A DNA stretch of 38,369 nucleotides, taken from positions 1-38,369 of the forward strand of contig JACPMW010000045.1 of assembly GCA_016185805.1 (NCBI GenBank), written 5' to 3'. The notes beneath the pieces are model-generated. The model did not search any database, was not told the origin of the DNA, and saw only the letters and a program-made list of their open reading frames with translations. The first letter of the stretch is position 1, and each line of letters starts with the position of its first letter. The stretch is from Candidatus Woesearchaeota archaeon. Its GTDB lineage: Archaea; Nanobdellota; Nanobdellia; Woesearchaeales; GW2011-AR4. The translations under genes were made by a program, and so were the position numbers. This document shows, piece after piece, positions 37,463 through 38,369 of the stretch.

Positions 37463-37508
37463 TGAAAATTTTTGGCTGATTTGCTATATAAAAAGTTTTG
37501 GTTTTGAA

Positions 37509-38369
37509 TCATTGTCCAAGCAATTTCTTTACTGATTCTTTCGCGTCATCTTTACCATGCACAAGCAGCTTCCCGTTCCTGTAAAGAATAACAGTTGCAG
37601 GCCCTTTCATTACCGCCAATTCATGCTCTGATCTTGGCTTTTCAAAATGATAGCCGAAATCCTCAAGTTTCTTTAAGTCTTCCAAAGTATGTCCCTTGTG
37701 CTTCTTCTCTTCCTTTAGGAACTGCGTGAAATCAGTCAAACTTTTCTGGAATTTTTTATTGACAAGCTCCCTGTATGGAAACCAGCTTTTCCTGAAAATC
37801 TCTGGATAGTTTTCAAAATTGCTTTTTAAAAATTCAACTGTTTTGGGATCCGACATGTAGCCGCTTCCAAAGTCAATGCCGATTTGCTTTTTTATTTTTT
37901 CTATTTCATTGTCGCCAGTCACTTTTGCTATTATTGAGGCTGCCGCAACCAAAGGATAGCGCTCTGCATTGTGCTCCAAAATCAGTTCAATCTTTTTGTT
38001 TTTTAATAATTTTAATAATTGCTGGTGATAAGATTTAATATTATTGCTCGGGCAGTCGATAATCGCTTTTTCAGGATTGAATTCGTTAAGGATGTCTGCC
38101 TGCTTGTGCGCCTCCAATTTGTTAAGGTTTAATCCATCATGCCCATGTACAGCTTTGTCAATCTCTTTTGGCTGCATAATAATTACTTTGTAATATTTCA
38201 GCACAGACAGAATTTTAGGGTATAATTTTTCTCTTTCTTCTCTAGTCAATAATTTTGAGTCTTTGGGTTTGAGCTTAATTAGTTTAGGCAAGTTTGATTC
38301 CTCAATCATCGCTCCGCACATTACCATAACTCCAAGTACTGGACCTCTTCGGCTCTCATCAATACCGCA
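37509..38369 (-). CDS. rnhB: Ribonuclease HII with extra C-terminal domain; 5' end off the window
   Basis: Frame is open to the window edge: CGIDESRRGPVLG, KDSKLLT, VAAASIIAKV, GSGYMSDP, RKSW, PIP-box-like QKSLTDF. Confidence 0.9.
   Translation of the reverse strand, partial: CGIDESRRGPVLGVMVMCGAMIEESNLPKLIKLKPKDSKLLTREEREKLYPKILSVLKYYKVIIMQPKEIDKAVHGHDGLNLNKLEAHKQADILNEFNPEKAIIDCPSNNIKSYHQQLLKLLKNKKIELILEHNAERYPLVAAASIIAKVTGDNEIEKIKKQIGIDFGSGYMSDPKTVEFLKSNFENYPEIFRKSWFPYRELVNKKFQKSLTDFTQFLKEEKKHKGHTLEDLKKLEDFGYHFEKPRSEHELAVMKGPATVILYRNGKLLVHGKDDAKESVKKLLGQ

Noticed and set aside
1-38369. tRNA or rRNA genes
   Set aside because: No cloverleaf, T-loop consensus or rRNA-like segment seen in any intergenic region by eye.

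Overview
Archaeal chromosomal window, most likely DPANN/Woesearchaeota. This is inferred from TATA boxes about 25 nt before starts, archaeal HerA/Mre11/RNase HII and small orphan genes. The backbone carries an intein-containing type II/IV secretion ATPase (missing from the ORF track because it runs off the left edge) with a coupled RHH gene, three paralogous membrane proteins, translin, a bacterial-type non-discriminating AspRS fused to a YbaK/ProX domain, gatC-ppi-gatA-gatB, mazEF, mre11, herA, a CorA-like transporter and rnhB. Several accessory inserts interrupt it. The strongest signal is a 5,665-bp defence island (DUF262 + HEPN, Vsr, YhaM, GGCC-type R-M) between two attC-like hairpins whose core boxes are reciprocally complementary, as expected for an integrated, excisable cassette. 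Its 170-190-nt inner flanks are also block-wise complementary, so a circular form could fold into one very large branched ssDNA hairpin. No recombinase is encoded in the window. Other signals are a 24-bp motif directly upstream of the TATA box of three accessory loci, a DUF5131-TcmP-minimal PolX operon, several structured intergenic elements and an RNase HII with a C-terminal TBP-like domain. All family calls come from motif recognition by eye, not database searches.
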